The notes under the pieces were generated by a model. It did no database searches and was not told the DNA's origin. It saw only the letters and a program-made list of their open reading frames with translations. 64,000 bases of DNA from Octopus sinensis (lineage: Eukaryota). Each line of letters begins with the position of its first letter. The stretch's first letter is position 1. Position numbers and translations under genes: made by a program. Where the stretch lies: the NCBI RefSeq assembly GCF_006345805.1, contig NC_043009.1:3472001-3536000 (forward strand), in the 5' to 3' direction. Positions 12,702-25,223 of this stretch are shown here, one piece after another.

Positions 12702-13486
12702 CACTCTTTCGACTAGATGTTTAATATATTTCAGTTCTGATGCGAATTGTATTTTCTGGAGAGATGATTTAGTTTCTCCAGCGTAAGAATGCTTTGAAAG
12801 GCTGTTCCGAGTCGTTGTATCGGCTTTCATTGATTTTGTCATTGTTGTTGCTGTTGTTGCTGTTGTTGTTGGGTTTCCTGTTGCTGTTGTCACCTCTGTT
12901 ATTGTTGATAAAGCTGCTGATGTTGTTGTTGTTGCTGTCCCCGTTGTTGCTGTTCTTTGAAGTCAACTCATCCGATGCCTCGAACACGGAAGTGCCTTCG
13001 CCGCTTACACTCTCGAATAATATTACTAAAGACAGAGCCTTTGCTTTTCAAAAGATCCTCTGCATGATCTTCATTGAAAACATTGGCTCTGTTGTCCCTC
13101 TCGTTCATTTCCTTGAGAAAAACACGATTATCGTCTGTTTTCTCTTTCAGACCGAAGCTGCCTCGCACGCATGCGCCCTCTCTATTTTGGCACTTGATAA
13201 CGCTCCTCATTTTCTCCTCACGAACGTCATCGTGTTTTCTGCTTTCTCCATGCTGGTGGGGAAAACGCACACAATTTTGATTAACGTAAGCAAAAACAAG
13301 TGACCTGTCCCCCAAAGCTGGGGGTGGAGCAAAATACGAAACTAAACTCACCACTCAACAGCAACTAACGTGTTGTCCACGACATTATAAACTTAAAGGG
13401 TGCAAATACACTATTATGTATTTCTTTATGAACGTCATGGAACGAGGTCAAGCGTGGTTTGCCAGGCTGACTCCCATAATATTAAT

Positions 13487-13496
13487 GATAATAATA

Positions 13497-13575
<79 letters not shown>

Positions 13576-13856
13576 TAATAGTAATAATGATAATGATAAT
13601 AATTATAATAGTAATAATAATAATAATAATAATGATAATAATAATTCTTTCTTTATTGGCCACCAGGGTGAACACAAAACATACAGGACGATACACAGAC
13701 GAGGGACAGTAAGGATAAACGTGTAAACAGCCAACAAACACAAAGATTAACAAAGAGCTTAAATCAACCATAATGCTTCACGAATAAGGGCGAATATAAT
13801 AATAATAATAATATAATAATAATAATAATAATAATAATATAATAATAATAATAATG

Positions 13857-13942
<86 letters not shown>

Positions 13943-13952
13943 AAGAAGAAGA
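13487..13952. repeat. (AAT)n and (GAA)n microsatellite blocks
   Basis: 13487-13645 and 13795-13912 are (AAT)n; 13913-13952 is (GAA)n. Confidence 0.95.
13648..13760 (-). mobile_element. LINE-like 3' end with AATAAA and (ATT)n tail
   Basis: Minus strand ...TTTATCCTTACTGTCCCTCGTCTGTG...CACCCTGGTGGCCAATAAAGAAAGAATTATTATT. Confidence 0.45.
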
Positions 13953-13954
13953 AA

Positions 13955-14172
13955 TTGTATTAAAGGCACAAAGCCTAAACATTTTGCAGTGGTGGGAGGT
14001 CGAATACTCGATTACGTCGATGCCAGTGCTCAAGTGGTACTCATTTTATCGTTCTCCAAGGTTGAAAGGCAAAGTCGACCTCGGTGGAATTTGAAATGCA
14101 GAACGTAATGACGGACGAAATGCCGTTAAGTATTTTGCCCGGTGAGCCAACGATTATGCCAGCTCACCGTCT
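13955..14172 (-). mobile_element. SINE family S2
   Basis: Full-length degenerate copy between microsatellites. Confidence 0.8.
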
Positions 14173-14174
14173 TA

Positions 14175-14175
14175 C

Positions 14176-14208
<33 letters not shown>

Positions 14209-14247
14209 ATACTGCTGCTGCTGCTGCTACTACTACTACTACTGCTG

Positions 14248-14293
<46 letters not shown>
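14175..14293. repeat. (CTA/CTG)n microsatellite
   Basis: Trinucleotide run. Confidence 0.95.
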
Positions 14294-14294
<1 letters not shown>

Positions 14295-16215
14295 GTTGAA
14301 TTTGCTTGTGGCATATACAATCACACAGGAATAAACTATACACACTTCTGTCCTCTTCTCTGCTCTGTATAACTCTCCAGGTGCTTCACTAACTTCTCTA
14401 TTGAATATTCCTTCTCCATAGAATTGCCCTCTGTAATTCTCCTCTCCCATAATTTTCCTGCAAACATCGACATAATGATGTTCACACTATCGATCTTTTC
14501 AGTTTGCATATATCGATCTGCCAATCTCAATGGGCCGACGATGATCAGGAATAAAACCCCATCTCCTGATGAAGCCATATGAAAAAAAAAATAAATAAAT
14601 AAAAGAATAAGTGAATGAAAAGACAAAAAGTGAAGTTGAGGTGATTCTAGAGATGCCAAACTCTGTGTTTACACTACAGCATTCCTCTCTAGCCTTGTCA
14701 TTCGCTCACTTCGCATATCACCCTGCAGATGAAAACTTCCCCCCCTCCATAGCTATTTCAAGAATTATAAAACAGAATTCACTACTGCAGGCGCTAATCA
14801 ACTGCAATAATGATGCCGATTATTACAACATAAAACCTGCCTTGCTGTCTTCTAACTGATTAAGTCGACAACGAGAATTTGGTCGTTAGCATATCATTCT
14901 CCGTTCGCTTGAACAAATATCATATCAGCTCATTACTTGAAAATGATTAACAAATATCGCAATAGGATAATTGGAAAAAGTAAGAAAAACAACAGCATCA
15001 ATAACAAGATGTAATATATAAATTGTTTTATTTTTAATGCATGGATTTTGTTTGTTTTTTTCCTCTTTATTTGGTTGTATATTTTCGCATGTTTTTTTTT
15101 TATTATCTGAAAACAAAAATATAAATTCATATAATTATTCCTATATTTATTAGATTTGCTTTGTTTTTTCAGTTGAGAATCTGTTTCTCTTCTAGCTTCT
15201 ATATCGATATCTTTGGTTAAATTCTTGCCTGATTTATTTATTTTTTTAAAATTTCTGACGTCATTTATTTTTGAACAACAACAACAACAACATGATTGAC
15301 TCCTGTTGGTTGTTTACTGAGAATTATGTTGCTGAATATTTTCGAAGGGGAAGATGTAAGGTCGATCATATTGGCCACTATCCCTACCCTTGATGTAATA
15401 TTGTCATCAACATATATGACATGACATGGTCCTGTACTTTCACACCAATCGAAAATGCGCTAGAATTGATTATTTCTTACATTTATTTTTAGCTAGGTTT
15501 GCAACAGTGGATTTGTTGCTTTCTTTGTTGCTTTTGGTGCTGAGATCCAGCTTTACCTTCTGTTCTCATTCATATCACGTAAAGCTTTCCGTACATTTTT
15601 CACAAATCCTATAGCTAATACTACATTATTCAGTCTTGTGATGCGTATGAGGTGTTTCTACGTCTCTCAAGAATACGGTGATTCTTCATGTTAAGTGTGA
15701 GTGTGTACTGGACAAGATATTATAGAAGAACAGCAATTGTCCAGCGTGCTAATCTCCCTTGACAAAGCTATTGTACTTGTCCGATGGAAAGGCAACACCT
15801 GATATTATGATACAGATTGGTATTAGTGTTATCGGTGTTGGTCATTGTAATCTGAAAAGAAGAGATGGAACAAGTATCGTAAGTTATAAAATCAAACGTC
15901 CTAAAACTCCGCTAAGCCAAAAATCTCTGCTAATTCTTTTTTTTCTCGCATCAACAACTTAAAGAATGAAGGTCAAAGTCAATATCATCGGGTTAGAGTT
16001 TTTTGTGAAAACAGCCGGAACGAATAACTCCAATAACCCAAAGCAATCATCTCTCGAACACTCCCAGAACCGTATTCATCAGAACGGGAGCCATCATGTG
16101 TATGTATATAAATGTATATAAATGTATATGAATGTATATAAATGTATATAAATATATATGTATGCACACACAGACACACAACACGCAGAGAAACACACAC
16201 AAATATATATATATA

Positions 16216-16249
16216 TATCAAAGTTGGACTCCGGAGTCCAACTTTGATA
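16216..16249. repeat. Perfect 34-bp palindrome with TA ends
   Basis: TATCAAAGTTGGACTCC|GGAGTCCAACTTTGATA. Confidence 0.95.
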
Positions 16250-16455
16250 GAAATAAGCATTCTTGACTGCTATTTCTATTTTTTCAGTATGCGGTCAAGC
16301 AACCTGTTTGCCTGTCCCTTTTTCTTATATACAATATATATACTGAACTTTACAGAAGTTCCTGCCGGTAATCGGCTATATTTACATACCGAATTCTACC
16401 AGTAAATAATTGGGGTTTTTTAAAAGCCTTTATAGAAATTATTTACTCTTATTAT

Positions 16456-16526
<71 letters not shown>

Positions 16527-16758
16527 TATATTAATATATTGCGATGTATCTATATATAATCTAAAGATGAGCGAGATTTAATGAAAGGTAGTTGAGTGGG
16601 GTTTCTCACAGGTCGAACGATTACATACAGGTAGGTTTCGATTATGCCTGGAACAAATTTGGAGGAAAAATGATAAAATTTAAGTCTGGTTATTTATTCC
16701 TTTGCTAAATCCCATTGAATATCTCTACAGAAGTATATATATATATATATATATATAT

Positions 16759-17102
16759 AGCGGTTGTATACTGTCAACTTAACGTGACAAACCCATAAAG
16801 GGAATCACACCACCGCTTTTTAGCCCTAGGAAGCATCGACGCTTCCTGTCGGCTTTGATACATTTCCTGTGTCCTTATATTTGCGAAGGGGAGACAGGCG
16901 TTGATACCCTAGACTGATGACGAGCAAGACTCAGAAACATGCATGCCTGGCTGTTGGGGGTGCTTGTCTCCCCTTCGCAAATATAAGGACACAGGAAATG
17001 TGTCAAAGCCGATAGGAAGCATCGATGCTTCCTAGGGCTAAACAGCGGTGGTGTGATTCCCTTTACGGGACTGTCACGTGAAGTTGACAGTATACAACCG
17101 CT
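16759..17102. mobile_element. Fold-back element/MITE with 141-bp inverted arms and 62-bp spacer
   Basis: Arms 16759-16899 and 16962-17102 (AGCGGTTGTATACTGTCAAC...GGGGAGACAGGC and its reverse complement); left end abuts (TA)n. Confidence 0.85.
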
Positions 17103-17186
17103 CTATCGCTCCACCACTGCTTATATCTCTGAGATATTTAGAAATTTAATATTGCTAATAATATGTGTGTGGTGTGTGTGTGTGTG

Positions 17187-17336
17187 TATAGGAGAAGAAA
17201 ATGGATAAAATAATAATGGGAAACTCGTGGTTACCCCCAACTCTGCTTCTTCCTTCTTTGTTATCTATTTAATTAAAGACATACCAGTGTAAACCACGAG
17301 TTCCCATTGTTATTATATCCATTTTCCTCTCCTATA
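17187..17336. mobile_element. Small hairpin element/MITE
   Basis: ~45-bp inverted arms TATAGGAGAAGAAAATGGATA...CTCGTGGTT (17187-17232) and 17292-17336, TA termini. Confidence 0.75.
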
Positions 17337-17840
17337 TAACCTAAATTCCGGTCTACCAACCAAATCACTTGCTACTGTACAACCTTACAAAAGACTATAC
17401 CTACGGAGCTAATAACCAGGAGCGCCTGTAGATTTAATCATCCCGTTGGGTATTAAACCCCTCTAACTTGATATCTATCTATATATAGAGTGATCATCTT
17501 CCTATTTCTTCAGTGCTATCTATCTATTCCTATCTATCACCTCTTCTATCTTTTCTCTTGTCAAAGACGATATTTCTGCAGCCCCCACTGCTTTACCCCG
17601 TCTGGTCTATCGACCGTGCTTCTTTGTTTTCGATCGGTTTCCTTGTATGTCTCCACTGTCCTATCTTTGTTACCAGCTTTGACCTTCCGCAAATCCCAAA
17701 TTTTATTTTGGTTCTCGGAAGCAACTGCCTTCAATTTCTTATATTGTCGTTCAATCCTCAAAATATGGAGTAGAAGGACAGCCGACAACTGATGAAGGGT
17801 CGTTCTTTGTGTTACTTGTCTTGTTTTCCATTTGTTTCTC

Positions 17841-18232
17841 TGCGTGGTAAGTAGCTTGCTTACGAACAACATGGTTCCGGGTTCAGCCCTACTGCGTGGC
17901 ACCTTGGGCAAGTGTCTTCTGCTATAGCATCGCGCCGACCAAAGCTTGTGAGTGGATTTGGTAGACGGAAACTGAAAGAAGCCCGTCATATATATGTATA
18001 TACATATAATTATGTGTGTATATGTTTCTGTCTCTGTATTTGTCCCCCCCCCCAGCATCGCTTGACAACCGATGCTGGTGTGTTTACGTCCCCGTCACTA
18101 GCGGTTCTGTAATAAGAGACCGATGGAGAAAGTATTAGGCTTACAAAGGATAAGTCCCGGGGTCGATTTTCTCGACTAAAGGTGGTGTTCCAGCATGGCC
18201 GCAGTCAAATGACTGAAACATATAAAAGAGTA
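17841..18232 (+). mobile_element. SINE family S1
   Basis: Matches the S1 consensus across both halves. Confidence 0.9.
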
Positions 18233-18261
18233 GAAACATATATGTGTGTGTGTGTGTGTGT

Positions 18262-18500
<239 letters not shown>

Positions 18501-19122
18501 TGATTGAACGCCACGCATCCATTTCCAAGTAAGATTCATCTTAATGTGTGTGTCTGTGTGTGTGTCTGTGTGTGTGCGGGGCGGTGTAAAAACGGTAGCT
18601 ATCACTAGATTTCTTGTCGTGTCACCAATGGTTCCTTCACAGAAATCCAACAATTTCACTGCACTAGATTTTAATTTAAATGCAGCAGCTTGTGTTGAAT
18701 TATATTAATTCTATCGTCTATTTCAGCTGCATCTGTACATTACAAGTTCTTATTTAATAAATTTCATTGGCGATACAGAGAACGGAATTTTTGTAACAGA
18801 AATATTCGTTTGAATACAATAATAACAATTTTATCGATCCACATCTATAGGGAGATAACTTCAATACTTTATAGATTGCAGATCAATAGTCTTAGACGTG
18901 AGTAGCATTACCAGATGAGAGGAGTTGGTGTAAAAGAATGCTAAAACTACTCAGACAGTTGGAACTGTCTTACAATGGAATAGACGGCTTGAATCCCCAA
19001 ATTGCAACAAGTTATCCGCCTCTTGTTAAATAAAGAATTCAATAAATTCTTCTTTTACGTTGTTGTTTTTATTTTCAATGCACTTGTTGTTGTTCTTTAT
19101 GATGTAAGTGTTGGTGGGGATG

Positions 19123-19154
<32 letters not shown>

Positions 19155-19939
19155 GATGATGATGATGTTGATGATGGTCATCATCATCATCATCTTCATT
19201 AATAGCGGTGGACCGGCATCAGTGTTCCAACCGCTGTCGTTTAATGCTGTTTTCAGGTGTTGCATTTAGGATTAACTTTTATATTTACATTCTAAATATT
19301 TCACTCATTGCAGTAAGGTCATGCTGGAGCACCGCCTTGAAAAACTTTAGTTGAAGGAATCGACTCCAATACTAATTAAAAAAAAAATTACTTTTTAAAT
19401 TTACGGAGATGTACTTGCATAGCAAATGATCTGATCTGATTTCGTGTGCTGGAACGAAAACAATTGCAGTGTGTAAGGTGATTTCGTGCAGCACGAAGTT
19501 TTTTTCAGTGAACAGGTCGCGGTCTCAAAGCGACGAAAATATTTTGACGAATTAAATTTAAATGTTGAAGTGAATCTAACGGTTTTTGTGTGTTTCTTAA
19601 ATGGCTTATAAACACCTTCCACGCTGCAATTGTTTACTTTTTAAAGCTTTAAACTTATTCTATCTAATACTTTTGCCGAACCGCTAAGTTATGGGGAATT
19701 AGACTCACCAACATCATCCATCAAGCGGCTGTGTGTATAAATACACACACAAATCCACCCATCACACCACAGACATACACAGACAATATATGTGTATGCA
19801 TGTATATATTCGATTTGTACTTCTGTTACCTAGCCATTCTCTTATATTTGTCTTACTCGGTCACTTAATATCTGCTGGGTAACATGAAATATTTCCATTT
19901 CAAGCCATATCTCTCTCATTCTGTCTATATAGCCATATC

Positions 19940-20200
19940 TGTTGTTTCACTTCGGACGTAACATTCTGTCACACTTGCGTTCAGTCTGCTCAAGTCGTAC
20001 CGCAGTAAATGGACGACGAACGAGCCAACTCTGAAAATCACTCGAAGAATTTATCACTTCATGGTCATGATCTGAATATTGACCAATCATCTCCAGGCTG
20101 TGTCATGGACGGTCTCTCGAATATTCGGGAGATTGACATCTTTTTACTCTAGTTTTGGTCTCATCCACACAGGTATTCACTATATTTGTATTTGACATGC
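19940..20200 (+). pseudogene. Possible mariner transposase N-terminal relic
   Basis: Very decayed peptides KITRRIYHFM / CHGRSLEYSGD resemble mariner helix-turn-helix starts. Confidence 0.3.
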
Positions 20201-20484
20201 CACTCACAGTGAGGGCCGTGGCGATGAGATGACACAACCACAGCTGTTTTTAATGAGACATCACTAGAGGTGTCACCGACCAAAACTGAAGAGGCCTCAT
20301 CACCACATGAGATAGAAATTATCCTGCCAAACACCAACCTGGAATCTCATGGTTTCGGCGTGAGCTTACAGTTAATACTTAAGAGTGACCTGCAGGTAAT
20401 TATGTTTAGGGGTAGACTCATTATTCCCATGCCGAGAATCCACAAACGGATACGGTGTAACGTCATTATGATTTGCTTGTATTT

Positions 20485-20700
20485 AAGGTGGCGAGCTGGG
20501 AGAATCGTTAACATGCCGGCCAAAATGATTACCGGCATTTCGTCCCGCTTTACATTCTGAGTTCAAGTGACACCGAATTCGACTTTGTATTTGATCATTT
20601 CAGAGTAAATACATTAAATACCAGTGAAGCACTGAGGTCGATGTTATCGATTCGTTGCTTCCTTCAAAATTTTAGGCCCTGTGTCTTTAGTAGAAGGGAT
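20485..20700 (+). mobile_element. SINE family S2, degenerate
   Basis: AAGGTGGCGAGCTGG...TTCTGAGTTCAAG...CGACTTTG. Confidence 0.7.
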
Positions 20701-21138
20701 TATTCGCAGGTATTGTTGTTGTCGATGATGATGGTAGTTCTGTTGTTGTAAGCTGTATTGTTACTTTTGGAAAGTCTTTGTAATTATTTTCGTTATTCTG
20801 TCAAAATTCTGTAGCCACGATGACTCTGTTGTCGTTGATGTTATAATTGTTTTTATTTCTATAGTTTTTGCTGACGTTGTTCTTTTGGGACTTGTATATA
20901 TTGTTTTATTTTTGCTATTCTTGCTGCCGTTGTTGCAATGTTGGCAGAAATGTAGGCAATCTAGAGAAAATACTTGTCTGTATGTAGCCCGTATTTGTGT
21001 TCAGAAATTCCGCCGAGGATACTGTGCTTCAGCAATGTGGGGTCAATAAAATAAGTACGACAAGAGTACCACAGTGAATATATTAAAACAGCCTCCCTAC
21101 CCCAAATCCATACTTTCTTTATATATATATATATATAC

Positions 21139-21537
21139 AGGAGTGGCTGTGTGGTAAGTAGCTTGCTAACCAACCACATGGCTCTGGGTTCAGTCCCACT
21201 GCGTGGCATCTTGGGCAAGTATCTTCTGCTATAACCCCGGGCCGACCAATGCCTTGTGAGTGGATTTGGTAGACGGAAACTGAAAGAAGCCTGTCGTATA
21301 TATGTATTTATATATATATATATGTATGCGTGTGTGTATTTGTGTGCCTATGTTTGTCCCCCTAGCATTGCTTGACAACTGATGCTGGTGTGTTTACGTC
21401 CCCGTCACTTAGCGGTTCGGCAAAAGACCGATAGAATAAGTACTGGGCTTACAAGTACGGGGTCGATTTGCTCGACTAAAAGCGGTGCTCCAGCATGGCC
21501 GCAGTCAAATGACTGAAACAAGTAAAAGAGTAAAAGA

Positions 21538-21540
<3 letters not shown>
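21139..21540 (+). mobile_element. SINE family S1, full length
   Basis: GGAGTGGCTGTGTGGTAAG (A box), GGTTCAGTCCC (B box), internal TA/TG tract, 3' GACTGAAACAAGTAAAAGAG. Confidence 0.92.
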
Positions 21541-21578
<38 letters not shown>

Positions 21579-22162
21579 CACCGCCATCACAACTATCTTT
21601 CACACCACTTACCCTCACCGTCATCCCTGACCACTTTGGCTACCACGACGACGACCACCCCCACCACCATCACCGCCACCTCTGCCTCTTTCACGGCTAC
21701 AGCTTATACTACTACCATCATCCCATTACCATCACAAAAAGGCTAAGTGTGTATAAAGGAATTCTGTTAGTTCAGTATGTTGGTTCGATGTTTAAGCCCT
21801 CTTTCTCCCACATAAACACTTTTTCTCTCTCTCTTTCTCTTATTACTCTCACCATCCACACCACTACCTTTAATAAAACCATCATCAACTCTCTCTAAAT
21901 TTCGTTGTCTCTCCCTCCGTTTTTCTTTCTTTCTTTATCTCTTTCTTTCTTTCTTTCGTTCTTTCTTTCTTTCCTCTCTCTCTCTTCTCTCTGTCTTCAC
22001 CACCACCCTCATCGTCTGTATGCCTATTATTTCTCTCACCCCAGCATTAGCAATAGTAGAATTTTCAATCACTAGTGAGAAATGAGTCGAAGTGTGACAC
22101 ACTGACAAACAGAAATTAGTTTTCACATTTGTTATTTTGTTATTTTGATTATTAGTAATACT

Positions 22163-22680
22163 AAGACGGCGAGCTGGTAGGTTCATTAAACGCTGCACAA
22201 AAAACTTGGCGGTATTTCGCCCGTCAATGCGTTCTGAGTTTAAATTCCGCCGAGGTCGACTTTGCCTTTTTTTAAAGACTCCGCCGGTTACGACGACGAG
22301 GGTCCCAGCTGATACGATCACGGACAGCTTGCTCGTGAAATTAACGTGCAAATGGCTGAGCATTCCACACACGTGTACCCTTAACGTAGTTCTCGGGGAA
22401 TCAGCGTGACACAGAGAGTGACAAGGCTGACCCTTTGAAATACAACAACTCATTTTTGCCAGCTGAGTGGACTGGAGCAGCGTGAAATAAAGTGTCTTGC
22501 TCAAGACACACGCGTCGCCGGGATCGAACTCACAACCTTACGATCATGAGCCGAATGCCCTAACCACTAAGCCACGCGCCTCCGACTTTGCCTTAAGTAC
22601 CATTGAAATACTGGAATCGATGTAATCGACTTTTCGCTTCCACACATATTCCAGGTCTTGTGCCTTTGGTAGAAAAGATT
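22163..22680 (+). mobile_element. SINE family S2 interrupted by a younger SINE
   Basis: S2 5' part at 22163-22268 and 3' part at 22584-22680. Confidence 0.8.
22269..22583 (-). mobile_element. tRNA-derived SINE (head B, tail X) with 11-bp TSD
   Basis: GGAGGCGCGTGGCTTAGTGG / GAGTTCGATCCC boxes; GACTTTGCCTT duplicated at 22258-22268 and 22584-22594. Confidence 0.9.
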
Positions 22681-22693
22681 ATTGTTGTTGTTG

Positions 22694-22755
<62 letters not shown>

Positions 22756-22758
<3 letters not shown>

Positions 22759-23308
22759 TGAGAGAGCAGTGCATCCCATCAAAGTGACACTGGGGTAATA
22801 TATACGAAGCCCAGTATACCCATCATGACTACTCGTCTGATAAGGGTACACTAGACACATGCATCACAACCATATGTGCGCGACATGGTGATCTCATATC
22901 AAGATAAACAGCACATGGCCTTGCAGGTGGGGCCCACTTAGAATTTTCTTCTAGTCGAGTAGCCCATTCTGCTCAAAATGTCCTTGAATAAGGATTGTTT
23001 AAGGATGTTGAACGAAACACCCATGTTTCCAAAGGTGATTTATCCAAACCTCCAAGAATTCCTTTCAATACACGGCTAGGATGCTCCCCAACTACTTCTG
23101 CTCGTGGGCAGAGATGCACATATCGACAGCCACTGAGGGACATGGTCAACTGGTTAAGGCCAAACAAGTGAGAAGCAAATCTGTAGTATTGAGCAGAATA
23201 TTTGCTGTAGCCCATCTTTTATATCATGACAAAATAATGTACGTGATAACACTTCCAATCAGTTAAGATCAGAAGCCATGAGAGCCACTGCATGGAACTG
23301 CATCAGTA
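22756..23308 (-). mobile_element. Dong/R4 LINE 3' region inserted in (TAA)n
   Basis: Collinear with 60560-61045; ends CACTGCTCTCTCACTG followed by (AAT)n; (ATT)n on both flanks. Confidence 0.8.
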
Positions 23309-23334
23309 TAATAATATTATTGTTATTATTGTTG

Positions 23335-23396
<62 letters not shown>

Positions 23397-23398
23397 AT

Positions 23399-23588
23399 TA
23401 AAGCAGTGAGCTGGCAGAATCGTTAGCTGGCAGAATCGTCACTACGTTCTGAGTTCAAACTCCGCCGATGTCGACTTTACCGTTCATCCTTGGTCGATAA
23501 ATTACGTACCAGTTGAGTACTGGAGTCAATGTAATCGACTTAACCCCTCCTCCAATATTTCATGCCTTGTTCTTATACTAGAAAAGAT
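23399..23588 (+). mobile_element. SINE family S2 with internal deletions, flanked by (ATT)n
   Basis: GAGCTGGCAGAATCGTTAG...GTTCTGAGTTCAAACTCCGCCG. Confidence 0.75.
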
Positions 23589-23668
23589 AATAATAATAAT
23601 AATTATTATTATTATTATTATTATTGTTATTGTTATTATTATTATCATTATTATCATTATTATCATTA

Positions 23669-23727
<59 letters not shown>

Positions 23728-24061
23728 ATTATTATTATTATTAGCACAGCCATCGTCATTAACCACGTCAGCTTACACTCGCACCTCATCATTATCATCA
23801 TGATGATCAGAATCTTTTTCAGATTTTTTTCGTGATTGACATCTTCCTTTGCCTCGTTCTTCTCCATCCCCGCCTTAGTTCTATCATCATCAGCTGCAGC
23901 AGCAGTAGAACCTCTTCAGCACTCTGGAGCATCAGCATCAGATGACAAAGTCCAAAAAATGTGATTTAATTGATAGCAGCGTTCATTGATTAGGGTGATA
24001 AAATTATGAAGTCAGAAATCCCTATAGAACAATTTGGGAAAACAAACCGATCACATCTTAT

Positions 24062-24115
<54 letters not shown>

Positions 24116-25031
24116 CCTCCCCTTTTATCTCTGTCTCTCCCTCACCAAATTTCCTAACTTTCTCCCTTTCTATTTATCGCTCCCTCTCACAATCTGCTTT
24201 ATCAATCCTCTGACTATCTCTCTCGCGCTCTCTCCCTGTCTCACCTCTCTATCTTACTCTCTCTAAGCACAAAAAGCTAAAGAGTACATTCTTTGTTGAA
24301 ATCAAGAAAGAATCTATACATTTGACATCTTTTGCGTGTAAAAAAAAATGAAAAATAAATAAAATAAACTCACAGAACAGACAACGCACAAAAAATTTAC
24401 ACCATATTTCGACGAATTATCAAAGTGATACACAATAAGGAATGTAACACGTATTCTAGAGCTTTCTTTTGCACAAAATTTATTTCCTATCTCCATCTTC
24501 ATCTCCATCGCTCATCTTTATCTTCACTGTTTCCTTCCGACCTCGTTCATATCTAACTATCTTGACACTATCTTTTTAATCTCCAGCTATATCGCTCCCA
24601 TTATCTATTATTATCTCTCCATTTGCTTACTCCGTTTTAATACTTCTGCTCTCCATACACACTCGCTCACTACATTACTCTCTCCTCTATATTACTCTCT
24701 ATCACTCCTACACACATACACACATGATCTAATCCTCTCTCCCATTCACTCTCTCTCATGCCGGAATTTGTATCTCGCTCTTTCTATTTATCTCGTGACA
24801 TAACGTCACAAGTACGCTTAAATTCTTCTAATTGTTCGTATGTTGACATCTATATATTCATATGGCATATACATTCGCCTACACACAGACACACACATAC
24901 ACACACACACGTGTTTTTCTGAGTGACTTTGTATAAATATACATACGAGTGTGTGCAAGTATGCATACATAAATACATACATACATATATATGTATCTAT
25001 ATCTATATATACACACACACACACACATATA

Positions 25032-25081
<50 letters not shown>

Positions 25082-25185
25082 CATATATATGTGTGTGTGC
25101 ATGTTTATATATATATGTATATATATACATATATATATGCATGTATATATATATATATATGTATATATACATGTATATATATATG

Positions 25186-25223
<38 letters not shown>

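Noticed and set aside
14336-14460. MGEENYRGQFYGEG... frame on the minus strand as an exon
   Set aside because: Purine-rich low-complexity sequence running into a (AGT)n repeat; weak donor and no recognised homology.
17790-17830. CTGATGAAGGG motif in a possible PLE-like end
   Set aside because: No downstream GAAA; the element assignment for 17340-17840 is too weak to call.
21935-22504. 189-aa ORF (also 17561-18058 and 51659-52243)
   Set aside because: These run through SINEs and microsatellites; chance open frames.
23526-24270. Possible minus-strand first exon (GA-rich leader, acidic peptide, GTAAGC donor)
   Set aside because: Frames are interrupted by stops or need frameshifts; no independent support.
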